A stretch of DNA of 64,000 nucleotides, taken from Gammaproteobacteria bacterium (lineage in GTDB: Bacteria > Pseudomonadota > Gammaproteobacteria > UWMA-0217). Shown here piece after piece: positions 40,230 to 50,159 of this stretch. A model generated the notes under the pieces. It was given only the letters and a program-made list of their open reading frames with translations. It had not been told where the DNA came from and searched no databases. A program made the position numbers and the translations under genes. How positions within the stretch are numbered: the stretch's first letter is position 1; each line of letters opens with the position of its first letter. Where the stretch lies: positions 8,911-72,910 of the forward strand of contig JALSHZ010000031.1 in NCBI GenBank assembly GCA_026981985.1. Direction: 5' to 3'.

Positions 40230-42497
40230 ATGAAAACCCCGTCTTATGTTCGTCAACAGAGAAGTGGCAGGGAATGCGCGCTCACCATCCCTAGGGAACT
40301 AAATTTCGACAGGAAGCTGCTCGTCACAGCCCTGCTGGTGGCGGGGCTCGCCGCAGGCATGTCGATATCGACAGTCGCCAATGCCGCAGGAACCAATGTC
40401 TTCGTACAGAACAGTCCCAATTTTGACACGGACGGTGATGGCTTGACCGACGACATCGATACCGACGATGACAATGACGGCATCCCCGACATTGCCGAAT
40501 ATGACACCTTTGTCGACACTGATTGTGACGGCATCTACGACTCGGTAGATGCCGCCAACGGGGATTGTACTGGCACCGATATCAAGGGCAGTGGTGACAG
40601 CGACGGTGATGGCATCTCTGATGCCATCGAGTGCCCGCTGGCGCCTAACTGCCGTGATAGTGATCGAGATGGTATCCCTGACTATATGGATCCCGACGAT
40701 GACAATGATGGCGTCCCGACGTCAGAGGAGGGCGATGTCGATACCGATAATGACGGTGTTCCAGATCGCCTCGAGCCCAACAATGTCGATCTGGATGGGG
40801 ATGGCCTGTGCAATTGCGAGGATGCCGACGATGACGGGGACAATATTCCCACGGCAACCGAGCTGGGAAATCCTGATGCCCCGCTCGATACCGACAATGA
40901 TGGTATCCCTGACTATCTCGATGCCAGCAACGGGGATGGCAGTGGCCAGGATATCGCAGGCTCTGGTGACTCCGACGGTGATGGTCTATCGGATGGCTAT
41001 GAATGTCCGCTGGATTCGGGGCCATGTCGTGATACCGATGGTGATGGTATCCCTGACTACATGGATGCCGATGATGATGGTGATGGCATCCTGGCGATTG
41101 ATGAAGACCTGAATGGTGATGGCGATCCAAGCAATGATGATACCGACGGCGATGGTATCCCTGACTGTTTGGAAAGTAATATTGCCGATGCCGACGGGGA
41201 TGGCATACCCGACAATGAAGATGCCGATGACTCTGAAACTGGCGGCGGAACTGGCGGCGGAACTGGCGGTGGAACTGGCGGTGGAACTGGCGGTGGAACT
41301 GGCGGTGGAACTGGCGGTGGAACTGGCGGTGGAACTGGCGGTGATACGGACACCAAGTACGGGGACATCATTTCTGGAACTGGCGCATTGAGCCCTGCTT
41401 TGTGGTTGCTCCCCTTGTTGTTGAGGGGCATACGCCGCTTGCGGGGAAAGTCTGCCACGTCCGCCGCCGTCATTGGCGCCGGGCTGCTGGCATTGAATAT
41501 CGCGGTACCAACCCCAGTGCTCGCCGAGGGTAATCAGTGGTACATCGGTGTCGGTGCGGGTGCTTCCAATCTTGAACCCGATACCCGCAGAACACCCGTC
41601 AAGGTGACGGATGAAACTGATTATGGCTACAAGATCTTTGCCGGTCGTGAGCTGTCTGACCATGTCTCGGTGGAAGGCTTCTGGGCGGATCTGGGGGAAG
41701 CAGGCATCGGGCCCGGAAACGTTGGCCAGGTCGACTACAACATGTATGGCGCATCGCTGCAGGTGTCGTTGCCGGAAAACAACCCGGGTTTTTCAACCTT
41801 CATCAAGGGTGGTGTCGTCGGCCTGCATGCCACCTCCAACCTGCCGCATCACACTGATGAAAAGTTCCAGGTCTATGGTGGTGCTGGTGCGGAATACCAG
41901 ATGGAGAATGGTTTTACCGTGCGCGGTGAATACGAGTACTACACCAAGGACGCGCAGCTACTGTCGTTCAGCTTGATCAAGCGCTTTGGTGGCGATTATG
42001 AGGAGCTGGTGGATGAAAGTGCGCCAGTGATACGGCAGCCACTCGATACCGCCTCCCCTATCAGTGACCGGGATCATGACGGCGTTGCCGACATCAAGGA
42101 CCGCTGCCCGGCAACGCCTGATGGTGCGCCAGTCAACGAGAAGGGGTGCCCCGCTTTTGTTGGTGTCATGAATGGCATCCATTTCGCCACCAACTCGGCA
42201 CGCCTGAAGCCTGAAGCGCGGGATGTGCTCGACAAGGTCGCAAAGGCTATCAAGGCATATCCCGGCAAGAAATTCGTCATCGTCGGGCACACGGACAATG
42301 TTGGCAGCCCTGCGGCCAACAAGAAATTGTCGATCGCACGAGCCCGTACCGTGGCGAAATATCTGGTGCTTCGGGGCGTGCCCGCCAGCCAGCTTCGATA
42401 TGGGGGCTACGGTTCGAGCAAACCGGTCGCCACCAACTCGACACCTGAAGGCCGCGCCAAGAATCGTCGGGTCGAGATCCTGATGCTGAAGCAGTAG
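40230..42497 (+). CDS. OmpA-family protein with thrombospondin type 3-like repeats, Gly/Thr linker, beta-barrel and peptidoglycan-binding domain
   Basis: Many DxDxDG(I)PD repeats; barrel starting WYIGVGAG; [31 protein letters not shown]. Confidence 0.9.
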   Translation: MKTPSYVRQQRSGRECALTIPRELNFDRKLLVTALLVAGLAAGMSISTVANAAGTNVFVQNSPNFDTDGDGLTDDIDTDDDNDGIPDIAEYDTFVDTDCDGIYDSVDAANGDCTGTDIKGSGDSDGDGISDAIECPLAPNCRDSDRDGIPDYMDPDDDNDGVPTSEEGDVDTDNDGVPDRLEPNNVDLDGDGLCNCEDADDDGDNIPTATELGNPDAPLDTDNDGIPDYLDASNGDGSGQDIAGSGDSDGDGLSDGYECPLDSGPCRDTDGDGIPDYMDADDDGDGILAIDEDLNGDGDPSNDDTDGDGIPDCLESNIADADGDGIPDNEDADDSETGGGTGGGTGGGTGGGTGGGTGGGTGGGTGGGTGGDTDTKYGDIISGTGALSPALWLLPLLLRGIRRLRGKSATSAAVIGAGLLALNIAVPTPVLAEGNQWYIGVGAGASNLEPDTRRTPVKVTDETDYGYKIFAGRELSDHVSVEGFWADLGEAGIGPGNVGQVDYNMYGASLQVSLPENNPGFSTFIKGGVVGLHATSNLPHHTDEKFQVYGGAGAEYQMENGFTVRGEYEYYTKDAQLLSFSLIKRFGGDYEELVDESAPVIRQPLDTASPISDRDHDGVADIKDRCPATPDGAPVNEKGCPAFVGVMNGIHFATNSARLKPEARDVLDKVAKAIKAYPGKKFVIVGHTDNVGSPAANKKLSIARARTVAKYLVLRGVPASQLRYGGYGSSKPVATNSTPEGRAKNRRVEILMLKQ
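41238..41342 (+). repeat. 12-bp tandem repeat ACTGGCGGYGGA x8.75 encoding (TGGG)n
   Basis: Directly visible in the sequence. Confidence 0.97.
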
Positions 42498-42567
42498 GTG
42501 ATTGCAAGATCGGGAGACCGCTGGTCACGGCCTCCCGTTTAACCTCTGAAAATGACCGATGAATATT

Positions 42568-42598
42568 GACCGGCAAGCAACCCTTGCCGGTCTTTTTT
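42568..42598 (+). terminator. Intrinsic terminator
   Basis: GACCGGCAAG-CAACC-CTTGCCGGTC-TTTTTT. Confidence 0.85.
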
Positions 42599-42675
42599 AT
42601 TTGTAACTCAGCGCTATAACGCCAGGGGCAGGTATACTCCCTGCTGAATTTCCAGTCAGGGGGCCGAGTTGTCCG

Positions 42676-44448
42676 ATGTGTGGTATTTGCGGTGAGTTTC
42701 GTTTCGATGCGCAGTTTGCGAATCTGGATCTGGTCCGGCGGATGACCGAGCGGTTGCGTCCGCGCGGCCCCGACGATGAGGGATTGTTTGCTGATGGGGC
42801 GGTGGCATTTGGTCATCGGCGGCTTGCAATCATCGATCTCAGCCCACGTTCGCACCAGCCCTTCGTTGATCTCGAAACCGGGTTGACGATTGTCTTTAAT
42901 GGCACGATTTACAACTATCCCGAGCTACGTGCAAAATTGATCGCCCGTGGTCATCGTTTTACCTCCAGCGGTGACACCGAGGTGATCCTGAAGGCTTATG
43001 CCGAGTGGGGCAGCGATTGCGTCGCCCGGCTCCATGGGATGTTTGCGTTTGCCATCTGGAATGCACGTGAGCAGTCATTGTTTCTGGCCCGTGATCGCCT
43101 TGGCATCAAACCGCTCTATTTCGCGCATGATAGCGATACTTTCCGCTTCGCTTCGAACACCCAGGCATTGCTCGAAGCCGATGATATCGATACCTCGATC
43201 GATTCTGTGGCGCTGCACAACCTGTTCATGCTACATGCAGTCGTACCCGCGCCGCGCACCATTCTGAAGGGTATTCGCAAGCTGGCGCCAGGCCACTGCA
43301 TGATGGTCAACCGGATTGGCGATGTGCGGGAATGGCCGTACTGGACGCTGAAAGCGCGTCGCCCGGAGGCGCACTACGATGAGATCGAATGGCGCGACAT
43401 GATCCACGAAGCACTGAAAAAGTCGGTGGATCGCCGTTTGAAGATTGCCGATGTACCAGTGGGCGTACTGCTTTCGGGGGGGCTGGATTCCAGTCTGCTG
43501 GTGGCGCTGCTGGCGGAGCAGGGTGCCAAGAACCTGAAAACGTTCACGATCGGGTTTGAGGATCAGCCCGAAGAGAAAGGCAGCGAGTTCGAATTCTCCG
43601 ATCCGGTGGCGGCAATGTACGACACCGAGCATCACAAGTTTCACGTACCCAATGCGGATGTGCTCAAACGACTGCCCGAAGCCGTCAGGGCCATGTCGGA
43701 ACCAATGTTCGCGCAGGATGCAGTGGCTTTCTACCTGCTCTCTGAGCAGGTCTCACAGCAGATCAAGGTCGTGCAGTCAGGGCAGGGCGCAGATGAGGTA
43801 TTCGCCGGCTACTTCTGGTATCCGCAGATGAACGACGCCGAGGGATCGCCAATCGAGCGTTTTCGTCCGTACTATTTCGACCGCAGCCATGATGAATATC
43901 TGGAGATGGTCGACGCAAGATATGCGGGCAAGGATTACACTTCCGCGCTCATCGAGGAGAAACTCGACAGCATCGAGGCCGACAGCTTCATCGACCGGGT
44001 ACTGGCGCTGGATGTGACGACGCTGATCGTCGACGATCCGGTCAAGCGTGTAGACAATATGACGATGGCCTGGGGGCTGGAAGCACGGGTGCCGTTTCTC
44101 GATCACGAACTGGTCGAATTGGCGGCCAGTATGCCGCCCGAATACAAGCTGGCCGAGGGCGGCAAGGGCGTGCTCAAGGCCATCTCGCGCGAACTGCTGC
44201 CAGCCAAGGTCATCGACCGGCCCAAAGGATACTTTCCGATGCCGGCGCTGAAATACGTGCGCGGCGAGTTCCTGGAATTCATGCGTGATGTGCTGAATTC
44301 GCAGCAGGCACGTGAACGTGGCTTGTACCAGCGCAGCTACGTCGAAAAACTGCTGGCCGAGCCGGACAAACACCACACCGCCATCAAGGGCAACAAGCTA
44401 TGGCACCTGGCGGCGCTGGAGTTCTGGTTGCAGCAGCAGGGGTTGTAA
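42676..44448 (+). CDS. Asparagine synthase-family amidotransferase (N-acetylglutaminylglutamine amidotransferase-like)
   Basis: MCGICGE, LLSGGLDSS, VVQSGQGADEVFAGY.WY, LIVDDPVKRVDNMTMAWGLEARVPFLD. Confidence 0.88.
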   Translation: MCGICGEFRFDAQFANLDLVRRMTERLRPRGPDDEGLFADGAVAFGHRRLAIIDLSPRSHQPFVDLETGLTIVFNGTIYNYPELRAKLIARGHRFTSSGDTEVILKAYAEWGSDCVARLHGMFAFAIWNAREQSLFLARDRLGIKPLYFAHDSDTFRFASNTQALLEADDIDTSIDSVALHNLFMLHAVVPAPRTILKGIRKLAPGHCMMVNRIGDVREWPYWTLKARRPEAHYDEIEWRDMIHEALKKSVDRRLKIADVPVGVLLSGGLDSSLLVALLAEQGAKNLKTFTIGFEDQPEEKGSEFEFSDPVAAMYDTEHHKFHVPNADVLKRLPEAVRAMSEPMFAQDAVAFYLLSEQVSQQIKVVQSGQGADEVFAGYFWYPQMNDAEGSPIERFRPYYFDRSHDEYLEMVDARYAGKDYTSALIEEKLDSIEADSFIDRVLALDVTTLIVDDPVKRVDNMTMAWGLEARVPFLDHELVELAASMPPEYKLAEGGKGVLKAISRELLPAKVIDRPKGYFPMPALKYVRGEFLEFMRDVLNSQQARERGLYQRSYVEKLLAEPDKHHTAIKGNKLWHLAALEFWLQQQGL

Positions 44449-44603
44449 CACCGCGCAAATGCTTCAATGACAAACGGGTAATGGAATTTTCATCCAAAGC
44501 CCTTACACTGCACGCTAACCAGAGAGCAAATCTCTCTGATCAGATTGGTCGGGCCGGTCGCAAATGCCGGTCTCAAACAGAATTTATCAAGAGGTATTGA
44601 TTG

Positions 44604-44936
44604 ATGGACGTATTGGATCGAATCAAAGAGCAGGTCGAGTCAAACCCGGTCATTATTTATATGAAGGGTACGCCGCAGATGCCGCAGTGTGGCTTCTCCA
44701 GCCGCGCGGCGGAGGCGATGAAGAAGGCGGGTGTCGAGTTTGCCTATGTGAATGTGCTGGCCGATCCCGAGATTTTCGAGAACCTGCCACGCTTCGCTGA
44801 CTGGCCAACGTTCCCGCAGGTGTACATCAATGGTGAGCTGGTAGGTGGCTGCGATATCACGCTGGAGCTGGCCGAGCGCGGTGAGTTGCAGAAGATGATG
44901 CAGGAAGCGGCAGCGAAGAAGGAAGAGACTTCCTGA
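44604..44936 (+). CDS. grxD: Monothiol glutaredoxin Grx4
   Basis: MKGTPQMPQCGFS, WPTFPQ, LVGGCDI. Confidence 0.95.
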   Translation: MDVLDRIKEQVESNPVIIYMKGTPQMPQCGFSSRAAEAMKKAGVEFAYVNVLADPEIFENLPRFADWPTFPQVYINGELVGGCDITLELAERGELQKMMQEAAAKKEETS

Positions 44937-44945
44937 AGTGCGCTC

Positions 44946-44977
44946 GCCGGTAGCATCACGTCCGTGATGCTACCGGC
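44946..44977. terminator. Perfect hairpin between convergent grxD and rnt
   Basis: GCCGGTAGCATCACG-TC-CGTGATGCTACCGGC. Confidence 0.75.
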
Positions 44978-44996
44978 ATCGTTTTAGATCGGCGCG

Positions 44997-45620
44997 TCAC
45001 ATGCCTTTGAGCATCTGCCAGTGATTGACGATGTCGCAAAAGAGATCGGCGGTCTTTTCTGCGTCGTAGATGGCGGAATGCGCTTCACTTGAATCCCACC
45101 CCAGCCCGGCGGCTTCCACGGCCCGTGACAGCACGGTCTGGCCGTAGGCCATGCCTGCCAGTGATACCGTGTCGAAGGTGCTGAACAGGTGGAAGGGGTT
45201 GCGCTTGATGCTGGTGCGCTCAACAGCAGCGTTGAGGAAGTTCAGATCGAAGGCGGCATTGTGCCCGACCAGAATCGCACGGGTGCACTCGTTGGCCTTG
45301 ATCTCTTGGCGCACCACCTTGAAGACGGATTGCAGCGCTTCTTTTTCGTCCACCGCCAGGCGTAACGGGTGGAACGGGTCGATGCCGTTGATCTTCAGCG
45401 ACTCGGGTTCCATGTTCGCATCGGGAAAGGGGTTGATGTGGTGGGCGACGGTGCGGTCACGGCTGAGTAAGCCTTTTTCATCCATGCGCAGGAACACGGC
45501 CGCGACTTGCAGCAATGCGTCGGTCTGGTGATTGAAGCCACCGGTTTCTACGTCGATGACGACGGGCAGAAAGCTGCGAAAGCGCTTTCCCATGGGGAAA
45601 AAATCGTGAGTCTGTTGCAT
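44997..45620 (-). CDS. rnt: Ribonuclease T
   Basis: [37 protein letters not shown]; start codon uncertain. Confidence 0.93.
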   Translation of the reverse strand: MQQTHDFFPMGKRFRSFLPVVIDVETGGFNHQTDALLQVAAVFLRMDEKGLLSRDRTVAHHINPFPDANMEPESLKINGIDPFHPLRLAVDEKEALQSVFKVVRQEIKANECTRAILVGHNAAFDLNFLNAAVERTSIKRNPFHLFSTFDTVSLAGMAYGQTVLSRAVEAAGLGWDSSEAHSAIYDAEKTADLFCDIVNHWQMLKGM

Positions 45621-45875
45621 CGGCGGAGAATACATGGAATGCGATTCTGATGAAATCATTTCCCTGCTTCTATTGACCCTTTGTTGCTGCCATGGCGGGA
45701 TGCTGTCTCTGATGTAGCCGCGCTTTTCGGCTCCATGAGCATTGGGTTTTCTGATAGTATCTATTGCCTTTCGTTTTCGGCCCACAGAATGGCCGGTCGA
45801 CAATACGATACGAGTGCTTTCGTCGTCGCTATCCGTGCGAGGTCTCCAACACCCCCGGTACGACGAAATCTACGA

Positions 45876-46027
45876 GTGACTATTCAGTAGGCAGAAAAAT
45901 AGAACCGTAACTGCTCAGATTGCCGCTGAAACGCGTCAGATCAAGGCGGGGAATGTGAGTTTACATGTGTAAATGACCATTTCCCAACGCAGAGATGACG
46001 CGTTTCAGTGGTGAGCTGGGCAGTTAC
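45876..46027. mobile_element. Repeat family A MITE, 152-bp form, diverged ends and no TSD
   Basis: GTGACTATTCAG ... CTGGGCAGTTAC; near-identical to 8415-8566. Confidence 0.88.
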
Positions 46028-46153
46028 CGATTTGATATGTGATCCGGACCGTTACCCAACGGCACTCCGGATCAGGGCGTTGGCTGTTCCCGCGACGGTG
46101 ATCCCGGCTGGGGCTGGCAGCGCAATCGCTATCTGTAAAGAGAGAATTCCACT

Positions 46154-48817
46154 ATGAACGCAGTGATGCAACCGCAAGACATTGATTCCCAGGAAACCCA
46201 GGAATGGCTGGAGGCCATGGCGGCCGTTATCGAGAAGGAGGGTATCGAGCGCGCCCATTTCCTGCTGGAGCAGTTGATCGAGGAGGCCCGCCATGCCGGC
46301 GCCAACCTCCCGTATTCGGCGAATACAGCCTATGTCAATACGATTCCCGCGCATCTGGAGAAGCACAACCCCGGTGATCAGTCGATCGAATCGCGGATTC
46401 GCTCCTATATCCGCTGGAATGCTGCGGCAATGGTGGTGCGCGCCAATCGCAAAAGCAGTGAGCTGGGTGGGCATCTGGCTTCGTTTGCATCGGCTGCGAC
46501 ACTCTACGATGTTGGTTTCAATCACTTTTGGCGTGCGCCGAGCCCGGAGCACGGTGGTGACATGGTCTACTTTCAGGGCCACTCCGCGCCGGGCATGTAT
46601 GCGCGCGCGTTCATGGAAGGGCGGCTGACCGAGGAAGACCTGGAGCGCTTTCGTCAGGAAGTCGATGGCGACGGCTTGTCGTCCTACCCCCATCCCTGGC
46701 TGATGCCGGATTTCTGGCAGTTCCCCACCGTTTCAATGGGGCTCGGGCCGATCATGTCGATCTATCAGGCCCGCTTCATGAAATACATGCAGCACCGCGG
46801 GTTGGCTCATGCCGGTGATCGCAAGGTGTGGGCTTTTCTCGGTGATGGCGAGACGGACGAGCCGGAGACGCTGGGCGCGATTTCGCTGGGTGCGCGCGAA
46901 AAGCTCGATAATCTGATCTGGGTCATCAACTGCAATCTGCAGCGTCTGGATGGCCCGGTGCGTGGCAACGGCAAGATCATCCAGGAGCTGGAGGCGGTAT
47001 TCCGTGGTGTGGGCTGGAATGTCATCAAAGTGGTCTGGGGCAGCTATTGGGACAAGCTGCTGGCGCGTGACCACGATGGTCTGCTGCGTCAGCGCATGAT
47101 GGAAGCGGTCGATGGTGACTACCAGAACTACAAGTCGAAAGATGGCGCCTATGTGCGCGAACACTTCTTTGGCAAGTATCCGGAGCTGAAGGCCATGGTG
47201 GCGAAGATGACCGATGAGGATATCTGGCGCCTCAATCGTGGCGGTCACGATCCGCACAAGGTTTTTGCGGCCTACAGCGAGGCGGTGCATCACGAGGGGC
47301 GGCCAACGGTCATCCTGGCCAAGACGGTCAAGGGTTATGGCATGGGCGTGACGGTGCAGGGCAAGATGGGCTCGCACCAGCAGAAGAAGCTCGATGGTGA
47401 GGCCATGATCGAGTTCAAGAACCGCTTCAATATCCCGCTGTCCGATGAGGAGGCTGCCGAAGCCAAGTATTTCCGTCCGGATGAGGACAGCGACGAGATC
47501 CGCTACCTGCGTGAGCGCCGCAAGGCGCTGGGGGGCTATCTGCCGTCGCGCCGTACCCTCGCTGCGCCGCTGGAGGTGCCGCCGTTGTCGGCCTTCGAAC
47601 CTTTGCTGAAAGACACCGGCGACCGCGAAATGTCGACGACGATGGCCTTCGTGCGCATGATCACGCTGCTGACCCGCGACAAGAAGATCGGCAAGAATAT
47701 CGTGCCGATCGTGCCGGACGAAGCGCGCACCTTCGGCATGGAAGGCATGTTCCGCCAGCTCGGCATCTACTCCTCGGTAGGTCAGCTCTATACGCCGGAG
47801 GATCAGGAGCAGGTCATGTTCTACAAGGAGGACAAGTCGGGCCAGATTCTCGAAGAAGGCATCAATGAAGCGGGCGCGATGTGCTCGTGGATCGCCGCCG
47901 GTACCGCCTACGCCAACTACGGCGTCAACATGATTCCGTTCTACATCTACTACTCGATGTTCGGTTTCCAGCGGGTGGGTGATCTGGCCTGGGCTGCCGG
48001 CGACCAGCGTACCCGCGGCTTCCTGTTCGGCGGTACCGCTGGGCGCACGACATTGGCGGGCGAGGGCTTGCAGCATCAGGATGGGCATAGCCATGTGCTG
48101 GCCAATACCATTCCCAACTGCATCAGCTACGACCCGACCTTTGCCTATGAGCTGGCAGTGATCGTGCAGGACGGCATGCGGCGCATGTACAAGGAGCAAG
48201 AGAGCGTTTTCTACTACATTTCGGTGATGAACGAGAACTACCGTCACCCCGCGCTGCCAAAAGGCGCTGAGGAAGGGATCGTCAAGGGCATCTACCTGTT
48301 CCAGAAAGGCGGACGCAAGAAGAAACGCGTGCAACTGATGGGGTCGGGCACGATCTTTCGCGAAGTGATCGCCGCTGCCGTGCTGCTGGCCGAGGATTGG
48401 GGCATCGACGCGGATCTATGGAGCGTCACCAGCTTCAATGAGCTGACCCGTGAAGCACAGGACTGCGAGCGCTGGAACATGCTCCACCCCGAAGCAACAC
48501 CCCGCAAGCCTTATGTTGCGCAGGTGCTGGAGGCTCATCAGGGGCCATTCGTTGCGGCGACCGACTACATGAAGGTCTACGCCGACCAGATCCGCGCCTG
48601 GGTGCCGGGCAGTTATCGTGTACTGGGCACCGATGGCTATGGCCGCTCGGATACCCGCGCGCAGCTGCGTAAGCACTTCGAGGTCAATCGCTTCTATATC
48701 ACCGTAGCGGCGCTGAAGACGCTGGCCGATGAGGGAACGATTCCGGCCAGTGATGTTGCCAAGGCGCTGAAGAAGTACGACATCGACAGCGACAAAACCA
48801 ACCCGCTCTACGCGTAA
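46154..48817 (+). CDS. aceE: Pyruvate dehydrogenase E1, homodimeric type
   Basis: FPTVSMGLG, GDGETDEPE, NCNLQRLDGPVRGN, EGLQHQDG. Confidence 0.98.
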   Translation: MNAVMQPQDIDSQETQEWLEAMAAVIEKEGIERAHFLLEQLIEEARHAGANLPYSANTAYVNTIPAHLEKHNPGDQSIESRIRSYIRWNAAAMVVRANRKSSELGGHLASFASAATLYDVGFNHFWRAPSPEHGGDMVYFQGHSAPGMYARAFMEGRLTEEDLERFRQEVDGDGLSSYPHPWLMPDFWQFPTVSMGLGPIMSIYQARFMKYMQHRGLAHAGDRKVWAFLGDGETDEPETLGAISLGAREKLDNLIWVINCNLQRLDGPVRGNGKIIQELEAVFRGVGWNVIKVVWGSYWDKLLARDHDGLLRQRMMEAVDGDYQNYKSKDGAYVREHFFGKYPELKAMVAKMTDEDIWRLNRGGHDPHKVFAAYSEAVHHEGRPTVILAKTVKGYGMGVTVQGKMGSHQQKKLDGEAMIEFKNRFNIPLSDEEAAEAKYFRPDEDSDEIRYLRERRKALGGYLPSRRTLAAPLEVPPLSAFEPLLKDTGDREMSTTMAFVRMITLLTRDKKIGKNIVPIVPDEARTFGMEGMFRQLGIYSSVGQLYTPEDQEQVMFYKEDKSGQILEEGINEAGAMCSWIAAGTAYANYGVNMIPFYIYYSMFGFQRVGDLAWAAGDQRTRGFLFGGTAGRTTLAGEGLQHQDGHSHVLANTIPNCISYDPTFAYELAVIVQDGMRRMYKEQESVFYYISVMNENYRHPALPKGAEEGIVKGIYLFQKGGRKKKRVQLMGSGTIFREVIAAAVLLAEDWGIDADLWSVTSFNELTREAQDCERWNMLHPEATPRKPYVAQVLEAHQGPFVAATDYMKVYADQIRAWVPGSYRVLGTDGYGRSDTRAQLRKHFEVNRFYITVAALKTLADEGTIPASDVAKALKKYDIDSDKTNPLYA

Positions 48818-48838
48818 TCATCGGCAGGGATACGAGTT

Positions 48839-50149
48839 ATGACAATCAAAGAAATCACGGTGCCGGATATCGGCAATTTCGATGAGGTCGAAATCATCGA
48901 GGTGCTGGTCAGCCCCGGCGATACGATATCTGCGGAAGACTCTCTGATCACGCTGGAGAGCGACAAAGCATCGATGGAGATTCCTTCCAGCGATAGCGGT
49001 GTTGTCAAAGAGGTGCTGGTCAACGTCGGTGACACGATCACTTCGGGTGGCGTCATCCTCAAACTGGAGGTCGGCGGTTCGGCAGCAGCAGCGCCAGCCG
49101 AAGTCGAGCCGGCCGCTGTCGAAGCGAAAAAGGCTGAACCTGAGCCGACTGCGCCGGTCGAGGCCGCAACGCCGGCGGCAGCGCCGCCCCAGCCACAACC
49201 ACGCACCGAGGGACATCGCCCTTCGCCGACACGTCAACTCAGCGATATCAGCTTCAATAACGTCTATGCCAGCCCTGCAGTGCGCAAGTTTGCGCGCGAG
49301 CTGGGTGTCGATCTGAATGAGGTCGAAGGTTCCGGTCGCAAGGGACGCATTCTCAAGGAAGACGTGCAAGGCTACGTCAAGAAGGCGCTGAGCAGTGGCG
49401 TCGGCGGCGGCATGAAAGTCGCGCCCATGCCGGAAGTCGACTTTTCCCAGTGGGGCGAGGTCGAGACCAAGCCGCTGTCGAAGATCAACAAGCTCACGGG
49501 AGAATTCCTGCATCGCAACTGGGTCACTATGCCGCACGTCACCCAGTTCGACGAGGCCGATATCACCGACCTGGAATCTTTTCGCAAATCGATGGCCGAC
49601 GAATACAAGGAGCAGGGCATCAAGATCACCCTGCTGTCGTTTCTGATGAAGGCGGTGGTTTCCGGCTTGAAAGCGATGCCACGCTTCAATGCTTCGCTCG
49701 ATGCCAGTGGTGAGAATCTCATCCTCAAGCATTACTACAACATCGGTATTGCAGTCGATACGCCGGACGGGCTGGTGGTGCCGGTGGTGCGCGACGTCGA
49801 CCGCAAGACGCTGGTGGAGCTGGCGACCGACCTGCGTGATATCAGCATCAAGGCGCGAGACAAGAAACTGACCCCCGCCGATATGCAAGGGGGCTGCATG
49901 ACCATCTCCAGCCTCGGTGGCATTGGCGGCACCCAGTTCACGCCGATCGTCAACGCGCCGGAAGTGGCGATACTGGGCGTATCGCGCGCGAAGATGCAGC
50001 CGGTCTGGAATGGCGAGACGTTCGAGCCGCGCTTGATCTTGCCGCTGTCGCTTTCCTACGATCACCGTGTCATCGACGGTGCCGATGGCGCGAGGTTTAC
50101 CTCGTTCCTGAGCCGGACACTGTCCGATACCCGCCGTTTGTTGCTGTAG
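48839..50149 (+). CDS. aceF: Dihydrolipoamide acetyltransferase E2 with one lipoyl domain
   Basis: LESDKASME, ASPAVRKFARE, SYDHRVIDGA. Confidence 0.97.
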   Translation: MTIKEITVPDIGNFDEVEIIEVLVSPGDTISAEDSLITLESDKASMEIPSSDSGVVKEVLVNVGDTITSGGVILKLEVGGSAAAAPAEVEPAAVEAKKAEPEPTAPVEAATPAAAPPQPQPRTEGHRPSPTRQLSDISFNNVYASPAVRKFARELGVDLNEVEGSGRKGRILKEDVQGYVKKALSSGVGGGMKVAPMPEVDFSQWGEVETKPLSKINKLTGEFLHRNWVTMPHVTQFDEADITDLESFRKSMADEYKEQGIKITLLSFLMKAVVSGLKAMPRFNASLDASGENLILKHYYNIGIAVDTPDGLVVPVVRDVDRKTLVELATDLRDISIKARDKKLTPADMQGGCMTISSLGGIGGTQFTPIVNAPEVAILGVSRAKMQPVWNGETFEPRLILPLSLSYDHRVIDGADGARFTSFLSRTLSDTRRLLL

Positions 50150-50159
50150 GAGGCTGACG

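Noticed and set aside
41238-41342. Possible CRISPR array
   Set aside because: Head-to-tail 12-mers with no spacers, in frame within a CDS; no cas genes nearby.
45868-46035. TSD for the fourth family A copy
   Set aside because: Flanks ATCTACGA and CGATTTGA do not match.
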